Assembly: GCF_006345805.1 (NCBI RefSeq)
Contig: NW_021833432.1
Coordinates: forward strand, 1-64,000
Reading direction: 5' to 3'
DNA from: Octopus sinensis
Taxonomy: Eukaryota
Length of the DNA: 64,000 nucleotides
Below the pieces are notes generated by a model. It did no database searches. It had not been told where the DNA came from and was given only the letters and a program-made list of their open reading frames with translations. Made by a program: the position numbers and the translations under genes. Below are positions 1-11,886 of this stretch, piece after piece. Numbering within the stretch: position 1 is the stretch's first letter; each line of letters begins with the position of its first letter.

Positions 1-169
1 ATATATATATATTTATATATATATAATATATATAATATATATATATGTATATCTATATATATATATTATTAGACATACATACATCATGCATACATACATA
101 CTACATACATACATACATACATACATACATTATTGTACTGTTTTTTTTCTTTTATTTATTTATTTTCAG

Positions 170-400
170 CTCTAATTTGACGTGAGAGATATTACAACAT
201 CTAATAACTTGGACGTCGAATCCACTTGGGATGAACCAAAATCCGGGATGGATTCAGAACGCAGGTGGCTTCTGGGTAAACCCTTCCTTTGGCTTTGGCT
301 TGTTGAATGCTATGGAATTAATAAACGCCGCTCGACCGACTAAATGGAAAACTGTACCAAAACAACATATCTGTAAAACCGCCACGACCGAATCCAACAA
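170..400 (+). CDS. PCSK1: Prohormone convertase PC1/3-like, internal exon (end of subtilisin S8 domain); in-frame TGA at 183-185
   Basis: Acceptor ttttcag at 163-169, donor gtaaat at 401. Translation from 171: SNLT*EILQHLITWTSNPLGMNQNPGWIQNAGGFWVNPSFGFGLLNAMELINAARPTKWKTVPKQHICK. This resembles the PC1/3 segment NLTWRDMQHL..WT..GW..NGAG..VN..FGFGLLNA as I recall it. Phase 2 on both sides. Not in the ORF track. Confidence 0.88.
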
Positions 401-494
401 GTAAATAGCTTTCGTATTTATTTGCCTCATGGACCATTTGTGACATTTTGCTTTTATGTTTCGTATTGTTGTTTTTTTTCATTTGTGTGGGTCG

Positions 495-846
495 TTAAAC
501 TGCAGTCAGGCTGGAGCAGCGACTTAAAGAGTTTTTAGTCGAATGAATCGACCCCATTACACGTTTTCATTTATTTAAACCTGGTACTTACTGTGTAAGT
601 TTTTTTTGTTGCCAAACCGCTAAAGTTACGGGGACGTAAACACACCAACACCGTTTGTCAAGCGGTGATGGGGAAGACCACAGACACAAAGACATTGTGT
701 GTGTGTGTGTGTGTGTGTGTACGGCGGGCTTATTACCCGAGGCTGTAACGGAAGACACTTGCTGAAGATGTCACGCAATGGGCCTGTATCCTGAAACATG
801 TGGTTTGGAAGCGAACTTCTAACCTCACAGCTATTCTTGCACCTGT
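495..846 (-). mobile_element. SINE family A (tRNA-derived, CORE-like), diverged
   Basis: Reverse complement of the family A head, core and tail found at 3813 and 60793. Confidence 0.75.
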
Positions 847-1271
847 ATCTGGTTAAAATCCTTTAATTCTTAATTGACTCAGGCCATATGGCTGCAAGTA
901 TGTACCACAGGGTTTAACTGGCTGGTTGATGTAACACCACACTTATAGATAAGTATAGCTGTTGTGTCCTTGATGAAAACTCAACTAACCTAATTACTCA
1001 TCTCTTCTGAAGAACGACTGGTTTGTTTCATTGGTACAATAACCAACCGTGCATAGATATCAAAAATGTAGTCATGACGACCTATTCGGATTTAAGTACG
1101 TACCGAAGCATCGATTAGTTGGTTGTTTGGTTGGCTGGCTGGTTGTTTGGTTGGTATAAAACAACACTGTCAGATGGGTACAGGTGATGCGTGCTTGACA
1201 TTCAACTACCCCAGCCCACCAGGCTGTAAGTAGGTAACAGAAGGGTGCTTGATTAGGATAACATAGCACTT

Positions 1272-1488
1272 AAGGCAGCGAGCTGGCAGAATCGTTATCA
1301 CGCCGGGCAAAACGCTTAATGGCATTTTGTTCGCCTTTACGATCTGAGTTCAAATCCCACCGAAGTCGACTTTGAACTTCATTCCTTTCAGGATCGATAA
1401 AATAAGTGTCAGTTGAGCATTGGTGTCAATGTAATGGACATAGTCCCTTCCCCACAAAATTTCAGGCCTTGCGTCTATAGTAGAAAGG

Positions 1489-1533
<45 letters not shown>

Positions 1534-1561
1534 TTATTATTATTATTATTATTATCCATCA

Positions 1562-1633
<72 letters not shown>

Positions 1634-1650
1634 CATTATTATTATTATTT
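1272..1650 (+). mobile_element. SINE family B with (ATT)n tail
   Basis: Head ggcagcgagctggcagaatcgtta...gagttcaaatccc; 3' end tctatagtagaaaggattatt then (ATT)n. Other copies at 7745, 14941 and 20090. Confidence 0.8.
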
Positions 1651-2603
1651 TGGTTTGTCTCAGGTTTGGTCTTATTCCTGGTAGGAATTATGTGGGTAGC
1701 GGGTTACTACACGCAACTTTCGGTACCTACAACTTTTTTGCAGTCTTTTAGGGCTTGGAACCCTCCTGGTTATTCTTGCTATCCCTAAGAAACAAACTTT
1801 CTGTAAGACCTCTCCTGGGCATTCTATTCCAGTCTCTTTCAACCTTATGTCTATACCTTAACTTACTGTGTATACTATATATACGTCTATATAGGCGAAC
1901 ATTAACGTTTGCCTAATATAGGCGAACGCTAATGTTCGCCAAATTCCATTGAGCGAACATATAGAAACATGTGGCCAGAAAGTGTTTCTAATTTTTCCTT
2001 TCCAAAAACTATATGAGAAAAGTTAAGGTTGGAAGAAAGATAAAAGTAAAACGTTTTATGAAAATATTCAAACCTGCTCTCATCGGAAATAACAACAATA
2101 ATATAAAAACTAGTTAATGATGTGGATTAAAAAAATATGTTTAACATATGAATATAAACAAATTACAGAATACATCTACCAATTGAAATAAAAACGTTCG
2201 AAACCAACTAAGTTTGCTCGTAAACCGAAAGCTAATTGGTTAAAATAAAGGCGGGATCTCCGTCAATAATAGCGGTGTATCAGACAAACCGTGACGTTTA
2301 AGTTGCATGCGGATTGGTCAAAACTGTTTTCGAAAAACTCGTCTTGTTGGAGCCTTCTAAGAGTTATAAAAAGGAAGACGTCAGTCATTTTACTGCAATT
2401 CTCAAGAACTCAACTGTCACTTAAATACATTTTGAAATCTGATGATTACTACGAACGTATGAAAGCGCTAGTTGAACTTTATGAACATTACAAATAGTTT
2501 TTTTTTCCTTATGTTTAACACAGTTCAGCATTGTAAAAAAAAAGAATTTTTAATACAATCATAGAAACGTGAAACCAGATCACGTTTTAACTTATTCAAC
2601 TGA

Positions 2604-2677
<74 letters not shown>

Positions 2678-3342
2678 CTATAATATATCCACATACATAC
2701 ATACATACATACATACATACATACATACTACATACATACATACATACATATATATATATATACTACACTATACGCACATGGTAATTCATATTATATTTAT
2801 GATACAAATCTACTGAATCCGCCCCTTTCACATGTTAGATCGTGAGCAATAGGTGTACATATTTATCTACGACTCTTTTACTGAATTCTTAATACCTTTA
2901 CACAGCCGCAGTAATCCTTTATACATAACGCACGCATTCATAAACATCAATCAACAGACACTTTTCACAATTCAATCACATGAAACTTTTATCACGTCCA
3001 CTTTAGCCTTGTCATTGTTGGTATTTTTATTGTTTTGTTTGTTGCTATTAGTTGCGGATTTTAGATTTTCTTTCTTTATTTATTTCCTTTCTTTCTTTTA
3101 CTAATCTCTAATTTTTCAATTCTTTTTTTGTTTGCCTGTTGTTGATTTTCGACCAGACTTCGTAAAGTTTATAATCTGCATCGAAACGTAAACAAAATAT
3201 TGTTTATCTATCTTTTATCAATCTGTCTGTCTATGTATCGGTCTGTCTATCTATCTGCCTGTTTTGTCTGCCTGTCTCGCAGTCTCTCTCTCTCTCTTTC
3301 TCCCCTCTCTCCCCATATATGTGATATATATATATATAGATA

Positions 3343-3384
<42 letters not shown>

Positions 3385-3388
<4 letters not shown>

Positions 3389-3766
3389 GAGGCGCAATAG
3401 CCCGTGTTTAGGGCAGCGGACTCACGTCGTAGGATTGCGATTTCAGTTCCCACCCCGGGCGTTGTGAGTATGTATTGAGCGAAAACACCTAAAAACTCCA
3501 CAAGGGTCCGGCAAGGGGTGGTGATGAACCCTGGTCTACTCTTTCACCACAAATTTCTCTCACTCTTTCTTCCTGTTTCTGTTGCACCTGTATTTCAAAG
3601 GGCCAGCCTTGTCACACTTCGTGTCACCCTCAACGTCCCCGAGAACTACGTTAAAGGTACACCTGTCTGTGGAGTGGTCAGCCACTTGCACGTTAATTTC
3701 ACGAGCAGGCTGTTTCGTTGACCGGATCAACTGGAACCCTCGTCGTCGTAAGCGACGAAGTGACAC
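3385..3766 (+). mobile_element. SINE family C (tRNA-like head)
   Basis: Head agtggaggcgcaatagcccgtgtttagggcagcggactc matches the reverse complement of 62440-62510. Body cacctgtatttcaaaggg...ggatcaactggaaccctcgtc is shared with 9541-9862. Confidence 0.75.
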
Positions 3767-3812
3767 GATATATATATACACACACACACACATATATATA
3801 TTATATATATAT

Positions 3813-4242
3813 AGGCGCAGGAGTGGCTGTGTGGTAAGTAGCTCGTTTACCAACCACATGGTTCCGGGTTCAGTCCCACTGCGTGGCACCTTGGGCAATT
3901 GTCTTCTACTATAGCCTCGGGCCGACCAAAGCCTTGTGAGTGGATTTGGTTGACGGAAACTGAAAGAAGCCCGTCGTATATAATTAATATATATATATAT
4001 ATATAATATATTATATATGCATTTGTATATTTGTGGTGAGTGTGTTTGTCCCCCTAGCATTGCTTGACAACCGATGCTGGTGTGTTTATGTCTCCATTAC
4101 TTAGCGGTTCGGCAAAATAGACCGATAAAATAAGTACTGGGCTTATAAAAGAATAAGTCCCGGGGTCGAGTTGCTCGATTAAAGGCGGTGCTCCAGCATG
4201 GCCGCAGTCAAATGACTGAAACAAGTAAAAAAGTAAAAGAGT
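3813..4242 (+). mobile_element. SINE family A, full length
   Basis: aggcgcaggagtggctgtgtggtaagtagc head; ggcaccttgggcaa CORE-like block; internal (TA)n; tail gactgaaacaagtaaaa. Highly similar to 12286, 48373 and 60793. Confidence 0.9.
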
Positions 4243-4536
4243 ATATATAAAAGAAGTTTCAAAACGTCAGTGGCTGACCATTACCTTAGTTCTATTCGAA
4301 CACATAAGACAGCTATTATGCTTACTCCCCACAAAAAATCACCATGTGGATTCTGTTGAGACCAGTAAGAAACAATTATGAACTTTTTTTGTTACACTTG
4401 ATATGGTTCGTTTTGTCAAGAAGAACCAAAACATGTAAGATTTCTAAGAAAATTAAAATTTAACTTATATAGTGGCGTTTTCAAACTTCTTTTTATAAAT
4501 ATATACCCACTCGTATGCGACTTACACTTATTATAT

Positions 4537-4580
<44 letters not shown>

Positions 4581-5189
4581 CGGAATGGTCATATTGCCAG
4601 TTTAGCCAATAAACACACGCACTATATATTTGGCGTTATTTTGCTTCAGTGATATTTATTTTTTACATTAATCTTAATCTTATTTCGGCCAGAGTTCTTT
4701 CGTCACACTCCTGTGACCACATCAGTGGTCCTTTGTTTTCTTCTTTCGTATTTGTGTCTCTCCTTACTAACCGTCAGCCATTTTATTCTTAATTGTATGT
4801 CTTCATTTGCGCATGCTTATATCTCTATGTGCGTCTATGTTTATTTAGTGTGTGTGTGGGGGGATGCCTGTAATATTTGTATCTTCTGTTTATATACATT
4901 CATGTAATTTGTATTTTGTTTTTGTTGTTGTTGCTTTAATAAAAAATCTTGCAGAACAAATATTTAAACGTATATATATATATATACAGTATTATGCGCT
5001 TGGCACTGCGTTGCATCGTTGGCACTGTAAACATGTAACAGACAAGTGCTGGTGCACCCCACCCACTATCTGACGGCAACCTGCAGTGTCATATCCCTCA
5101 TGCTCTATTTTAAACGTATGTGTGTACGTGTGTGTATGTGTGCATGCGTATAATTGTGTCCGTGTGCTGCGTGTGTCTATGTGTGCGTA

Positions 5190-5390
5190 AGTGTTTTTGT
5201 TTGTCCCCCCACCACTAGTTGACGACCGGTATGTTTACTTCTTCCTAATTTAGCGGTTAACCAAAACAGAACGATAGAATATGTACCGGATACGTAACAA
5301 TTACTTCTCGAGACTATTTATTCGATTACACACTTCAGTGCGACGTCTCAGCATGGCCGCAGTCCAATGACTGAAACAAGTAAAAGATTA
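5190..5390 (+). mobile_element. SINE family A, 3' half
   Basis: tttgtccccc...ttagcggtt...cagcatggccgcagtccaatgactgaaacaagtaaaag. Confidence 0.7.
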
Positions 5391-5499
5391 TATACATATG
5401 TGTGTGTGTATGTATATATATATATATATTATCTATATATTATATACATGCTCATATAATGATATATGTATATATATTATATATATATATATACTTATA

Positions 5500-5557
<58 letters not shown>

Positions 5558-5683
5558 GTATATATCAATATACTTTATATGTACCTATACAATTCGCTCT
5601 GTATATCACCCTTCCTATCTTGCTCTATATCTCTCTCTGCCTATCTCTGTATGTATGTACCCACACAGACACGCGCACACACA

Positions 5684-5719
<36 letters not shown>

Positions 5720-5775
5720 ACACACACATATGTACACATACACATTCTTGTGTTTTTTACTTATATATTCTGCAG

Positions 5776-5933
5776 GAAACTTGAAGACGGTGGAGAAGTG
5801 AATATTTTGGTTTCGAGTGATCGATGTGAAAACAGCTCAAATGAAGTGATGTATTTAGAACATATACAAGTTGTTATGAATATCGATCATACTCACAGAG
5901 GAGACTTGGAAATCTGGGTTATATCACCAAGTG
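5776..5933 (+). CDS. PCSK1: PC1/3-like exon, P domain start with RGD motif
   Basis: ttctgcag|g acceptor and g|gtaagt donor. KLEDGGEVNILVSSDRCENSSNEVMYLEHIQVVMNIDHTHRGDLEIWVISPSG contains the LEH.Q and RGDL P-domain motifs. The aa|g junction with the previous exon is in frame. Confidence 0.93.
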
Positions 5934-6249
5934 GTAAGTGAACCGATTTCAAAAATGTTCTTCACGTATTCAATGTGGCTGTATGCCGTTATAGCACTTT
6001 GCAGAGCAACGATATACTAAATCTTGTCCCACATCATCAGGCACTTTGATTTATGTCCTTTGGTAAATATCCGCTTGATAACTTGAATTCAATGTAGATC
6101 TAACCCCTCAGTCAATTTAACAAGTTTATTACACGTTTCATACCCCCGAAGTACTGTAGTTTGGTGTTTCCAATAATGTTCAAATGAATACAAGATGTAT
6201 CAAACAGTAAAAAGAAAAAATCTTTTTTTCTCATTTCTTTTTCTTTTAG

Positions 6250-6383
6250 GGACCAGGACGAACTTGTTGCAGAAGAGACCAAAAGATTCATCACCAGAAG
6301 GATTTAAGAATTGGTCATTTATGTCGGTACAGACGTGGGGAGAAGATCCTTTAGGAATGTGGAAACTTATTGTTAAGGACACT
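6250..6383 (+). CDS. PCSK1: PC1/3-like exon, P domain
   Basis: ttcttttag|gg acceptor and act|gtaagt donor. GTRTNLLQKRPKDSSPEGFKNWSFMSVQTWGEDPLGMWKLIVKDT is closer to PC1/3 ([22 protein letters not shown]) than to PC2 or furin, from recall. Confidence 0.93.
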
Positions 6384-7169
6384 GTAAGTGTTGCACAGCC
6401 TCCCATGTTTTATCCTAACAATATAACGATACATAATAAGCAAGCCATACTATTAACCCTTAAAACGTGGTATTACATGTTTTTCATAGAACCTGGTGTT
6501 CGATACTATGATATATCGTTTTGAGCTTATATTATTTATTCATTTCTGAAAATTATTTCCCTTTAACGAAGTTCATTCTCATGCATGAAATTGTAACCGT
6601 CTTTTGGAGGCAATGTGACTCAAAATCTCTAAGTTTGATGTAATACTGGGCAATCTTCCTGATGGGATATCCCGCCTGAAAAGCACGACATGAATCATGA
6701 AATACAAATCCCTTCTTGGATGGGACTCCACTCTACCAATAAAATATTCCCTGAATATTTTTAGATTTATTTATTCAGTGACTAAATAAACTGAGGCAAC
6801 AAAGAAATGAAAGAATTATGTTACATACACAACGCTGTGTGATTCATGGAACTCTATATTTAAGATTCTGGGCGTTTCTTACAAGTGAATTACAATTAGT
6901 AAGATTTGTTTATCAGAGGCATATTTTATCCAAAATTGATTCTGTTTGTCTGCAGATCTGAGATAGTCTTCATATTCTAACAGATTTCTGATCTTCTAAG
7001 TCTCCCAAATTTTTCAGGTTCGCCCTAATATTCATCTCTCTTCTAATTTTTCAGCTGTCTTGTAATATTCCATCTCCCTAAAGTATTCGGCTATACCTTG
7101 ATTTTCTAACTTTCTCAAATCAGTCTAACTCTCCCACAAGAAAAGGATTTTCGGAGAAGTTGCTTTAAT

Positions 7170-7730
7170 AATTTTAAAACATCCTTAATCCATTCATAAA
7201 CTCAGTTAATCCTTAATCCATAACATTAAATAATCTATAAATTTGGTTAAATCATAATTTTAGCCTATCCATAATGTCAGTCCATTCATAATTTTAATCC
7301 TTTGATTCCTAATCTTAATCCATAATTTTAATCAAATGTGATCCATAATCTATACCAGTGTATAAATTTAGTCAATACATACTTTCATTCGATCTGCCAT
7401 CTTAATCAAACAATAATCTCATTTAATCCATAATCTTAATTAACCTGCAATCATAATCAATTGATAAGCATAGTTAATCTATAAACTTATCTAGTATATA
7501 AACTTAAGCAATCCATAATTTTAATTAATCTTTAATATCATTTATTCCTTAATTACAGACAGTCTTTAATTATAATCACCCCATAGTCGCATTACATCCA
7601 TAATCTTCAATTCAAAATTTTAATTAATCCCAAATTTCAATTAATCCAACCATTTAATCGATAATCTTTATCAATCCACAATATCAATGAATCCATAATT
7701 ATGTTCAATATATAATCTCATACCATTGTC
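7170..7730. repeat. Degenerate AT-rich minisatellite (aatccataatctt-like units)
   Basis: Recurring aatccataat / ttaatc motifs across ~560 bp. Confidence 0.6.
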
Positions 7731-7744
7731 ATAGACACATGCAA

Positions 7745-7986
7745 AGAATCGTTAGAGTGTCGGACAAAATGGTTAGTGGCATTTCTTCCTTTTTTTTCGT
7801 TTTGTAACGTTCTGAGTTGAAATTCCTTTATTTTTCAAGGTTTCGGGGATGATAAAATAAATACCTGTTAAGAACTAGATTACATGTAATCAACTGACCC
7901 TCTCTCCTTAGAATCTTCAACCTTGTACGAATGTTTGACGTCGTCGTCGTCGTCGTCAACGTCATCATCATCATCATCACCATCAC

Positions 7987-8022
<36 letters not shown>

Positions 8023-8145
8023 TATTGTTGTCCGTCTTTACGATCTGAGTCGATAAATAAAGTACGAGTTTGAAAACTGAAGGAACATCGCAATCGACTT
8101 AACACCTCCCGCAAAATTTCAGGCATTGTGTCTATAGTAGAAAGG

Positions 8146-8208
<63 letters not shown>

Positions 8209-8228
8209 TTATTATTATTATTATCATT
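7745..8228 (+). mobile_element. SINE family B pieces with (CAT)n insert; (ATT)n tail ends at the exon acceptor
   Basis: gaatcgttagagtgtcggacaaaatggttagtggcattt head; tctatagtagaaaggattatt tail as at 1272. Confidence 0.7.
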
Positions 8229-8232
8229 ACAG

Positions 8233-8352
8233 GAATTATTTCCAAATTCATCTGGTATTGTGAAGAATGTAACCTTTGTGTTCTATGGAACCTCTGAAGC
8301 ACCTGACCATGTTATCAGAGCAGGAGGACAACGTCTCTATCCTACGGATATG
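8233..8352 (+). CDS. PCSK1: PC1/3-like exon, end of P domain
   Basis: cattacag|gaa acceptor and atg|gtaata donor, phase 0/0. ELFPNSSGIVKNVTFVFYGTSEAPDHVIRAGGQRLYPTDM; GTSEAPDH resembles PC1/3 GTSSQPEH. Confidence 0.85.
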
Positions 8353-8494
8353 GTAATACTCGCGCATTAATGCCCAACACGCAAATAGACACACAAACAT
8401 AAATACACGGTTATTTATTGTAAAAGATATTACATTATACACCATCTATGACAAATAATCTGTTCGACTGCTTAAAATAATATTTAACGATGTT

Positions 8495-8539
<45 letters not shown>

Positions 8540-9045
8540 ACGTATACTTTCCCTTAATCTTTTATACTTAAATGTTTTTATTCCTTTACTTTTTTCACTT
8601 GCTTTTGTTTTTAAGCCTTTGAGTTATTTTATTTGCCCCCCTTCCTTTGGTGGGCTGCTAACTTTCGAGGGCGTAACGCTCTGACAGCGGTTGCCAAGCG
8701 GTGTGATGGCAGACACAAAGATATGCACATCCATATGTGTGTCTGTGTGTGTATGCGTGTGCATATCCATCCATCCATCCATCCATCCATCCATACATAC
8801 ATACATACATATATATAGTGACCTTTTACAAACAAAGAAGACGAAGACGGGTGTGTAAACAACAAACAGATGCATTAGTTTAACGCTCGGGAAGTGAGAA
8901 AGTCTTTTACATTTCGAGCCTATGTTCTTGGATAGAAAGGAACACAGAAATAAACAGGGAGAAAAAATAGAAAAAGGTTTAGTGGCTAGCGATATAACAT
9001 AGATATTATAACCGTATCCTAGAATTTCCAAAACACACACACACA

Positions 9046-9128
<83 letters not shown>

Positions 9129-9540
9129 ATGTGTTTTCAAGTACATATTTTAGTATGCTAGTTTAGGGTGTAGTGATAGGGCTGATGAGCGTTGTAAGCT
9201 ATGTCTGACCGATTATAGTTAATGCGGCTCTCCTCTCCAACATGAAGATCTGAAGCTTAGGTATTTCAGAATGTGGATAGAACTGGTATTTGCAGCCCAT
9301 TACCTAGTCATTCTGGTGGTTTTAAACAGAGTGCTATATTATGTCCGTTGCTTAAAGAATAATTGAACCTCTACCCTGAACACTTACAACACCTCCACTT
9401 GCATATTATCTATTTTTATTACCTTTTTTTCTCTCTTCTCTTGTCTCCCCAATATTTTCCGTTAATACCTGATGAAGGACTACGTCCAAAACGTTATAAA
9501 TTTGGCTCTGTTACACTTATTACTCTCTTCAGCGCCAGCC

Positions 9541-9862
9541 TATGAAACCACGTGGCTTTGTGGTTAGGGCATTCGGCTAACGATCGTAAGATCATGAGTT
9601 CGATTCTTGGCGCTGCGTTGTGTCCATGAGCAAGACACTTTATTTTACGTTGCTCCGATTCACTCAATTGGCAAATATGAGTTGTACCTGTATTTCAAAG
9701 GGTGAGTCTTGTCATTTTTTTGTGTTACATTGTATCACCTTGAAGACTACATTAACGCTAAGTGTGTCTGTTGAATATTCAGACACTCCTTATAAATATA
9801 GCTCCACTCTCGTCGAGATCGGATCAACTGGAACTCTCGTCATCATAACTGTAGGAGTACCA
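9541..9862 (+). mobile_element. CORE-type SINE sharing its body with family C
   Basis: gtggttagggcattcggct...gagttcgattc head; gttgtgtccatgagcaagacact core; ggatcaactggaactctcgtc tail. Confidence 0.7.
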
Positions 9863-10069
9863 GTTTTTTTAGAGCACCAACCAAAAATATTATCTTGAAT
9901 ATCCGTTGTACTTTTATTGTTTTCGTTTTGCAGTTTGTTTTTATTTTCCTTTTGCTATAGCTTTACATGTCTTTTTAAAACTATTTTCTGTTTTGTTTAT
10001 TTCCGCTTAAAATAATGTTGTTTTTTTTGTTTTTTTTTTTCTCTCCAAACTTTTTTCTTGTTTATGCAG

Positions 10070-10342
10070 ATTCCGATCGCACCGACGTCGTCTGACGAAT
10101 TTCTCAAACTTTCAACAGCGGAACTCAACTCAATACTGAACACACCAACCAGAGTCAGCGGGACAGAGTATGCACCAACATACAGCGCGAAAGTACGGAC
10201 CAAACTGGAATCGGCACGCTATAAGTATCTGCTGAGACAACTCAAAGAAAAAGAAGCGGAACAGGAAAGGAGGTGGCAGCGACAACGGGACAGACAACTG
10301 AGGAAATGGAAGAACCAATACGACCGGTATTCCTACTACTAA
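10070..10342 (+). CDS. PCSK1: PC1/3-like terminal coding exon, soluble charged C-terminal tail
   Basis: Long polypyrimidine tract plus tttatgcag|att, phase 0 matching the previous donor. 90 codons to TAA, non-repetitive, no transmembrane segment. Confidence 0.75.
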   Translation: MPIAPTSSDEFLKLSTAELNSILNTPTRVSGTEYAPTYSAKVRTKLESARYKYLLRQLKEKEAEQERRWQRQRDRQLRKWKNQYDRYSYY

Positions 10343-10606
10343 AAAATAGATAAACTGGAATCACAGAATATAGTGATCATATGGCGAATGAACAGTCTAA
10401 TCAAGAATAATCAGAGAATATACAGAACAGCAGAATAACATAATAATAGTATAAGGGGGGTGGCTGGTAAATGTTGGTTTATAAAGCTCCTCATATATAT
10501 CTTCCATACAGTTCTTTTATTCTTATAATTATGTTGTTTTATTTTGTTTTGTTTTTCTGTTGATTTATTTGTTTATTCCTTTTATTGTTCTTAGTTTGCA
10601 ATTTGC

Positions 10607-10612
10607 AATAAA
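10607..10612 (+). promoter_or_regulatory. Candidate polyadenylation signal of the convertase gene
   Basis: AATAAA ~265 nt after the stop codon; position only. Confidence 0.4.
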
Positions 10613-11326
10613 GCTGTTAAAAATATCCATGTTCGTTAATTGATTTCATTTATTAGTTTATAACTAAATTAGTGGTTCATATAATATGCGCAGGCGTTGC
10701 TATGTAGTAAGGAGTTCCCAAACACATGGTCTCAGCTCCAGTTCCACTCTGTAGCCCCTTGGGCTGGTGCCTTCTACTAAAGTGGCAGAGCGACCGAAGC
10801 CTTGCGAGTGGGCACCCTGTCCCTTTTCTTTTTTTTCTCATCCCTCCCTAATTCCCCTATCCCTCTGCCTCTATCTCTCTCCTCTCCTTCCAAGTGACCG
10901 GTGTTCCGCATAGCCTGACCTTTCTTTCTTGGTTCGACTACCATCCGTGCAACAAATACATTACTTCCCATGCCAGTCATCTCTTATGTCCCTGCCGTAA
11001 GGCTTCACTTCCACACACGCCAGCTTAATTTAATTCGTCCTTAGTCGAAAGACATCTGTTGTTAATGTCCTGTTTTCTGCATTTGTATTTGTGTACCATT
11101 TCTCCGTTTTTTTTCGTCCTTGTTTTCGTAAACATTAGCTGCTTTCTTCCAAGGAATCTAGTGCTCTTAGCTTAGATTTTCCTTGGGGCTAGCCAGTTTG
11201 GAGCAGCCGAACCTTCAAAGATAATCTGGAACTCGAGTGACGAAAGAAAACTCCGAATGACCTGTCCTTGTTTTTCATCTCATTTTTTGCATCATCTAAC
11301 TGTCTGGATATTCTTGTCCCATTTTT

Positions 11327-11368
<42 letters not shown>

Positions 11369-11670
11369 ACAATGAATGATTTCATTTCAATATCTAATGT
11401 ATATTATCTTAAGCCAATAGCACTGTCAAATCTTCAGAGATGCGTGACTCATATGTAATTTTACTGGATTATATTCATACGTACATTCAAACATGTTATA
11501 TATAAAACTTTATCCACATTATTTATCCACAATAGTAACCACACTATTGGATGTTGTGATGCATCGCTGGTCACACTGTGCCTCCAATTGTATCTTGATT
11601 TCAAGATGTAAAAAATTCTTATCTTTTTAAACTTATGAATGCATTTATGTATTATGTGTTTGTTTGTCTG

Positions 11671-11771
<101 letters not shown>

Positions 11772-11841
11772 TTCTATCTATCTGTCTGTGTGTCAGTTTG
11801 TCTATCCGTCTCCACCCTCTCTCTCTCCACCTCCACACACA

Positions 11842-11886
<45 letters not shown>

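Noticed and set aside
3385-3455. tRNA-like sequences (also 3813, 9541, 29880, 62440)
   Set aside because: A/B-box-like heads continue into shared SINE bodies; no complete cloverleaf, so not tRNA genes.
9175-9215. CTGATGAGC hammerhead core
   Set aside because: No GAAA or stem III follows.
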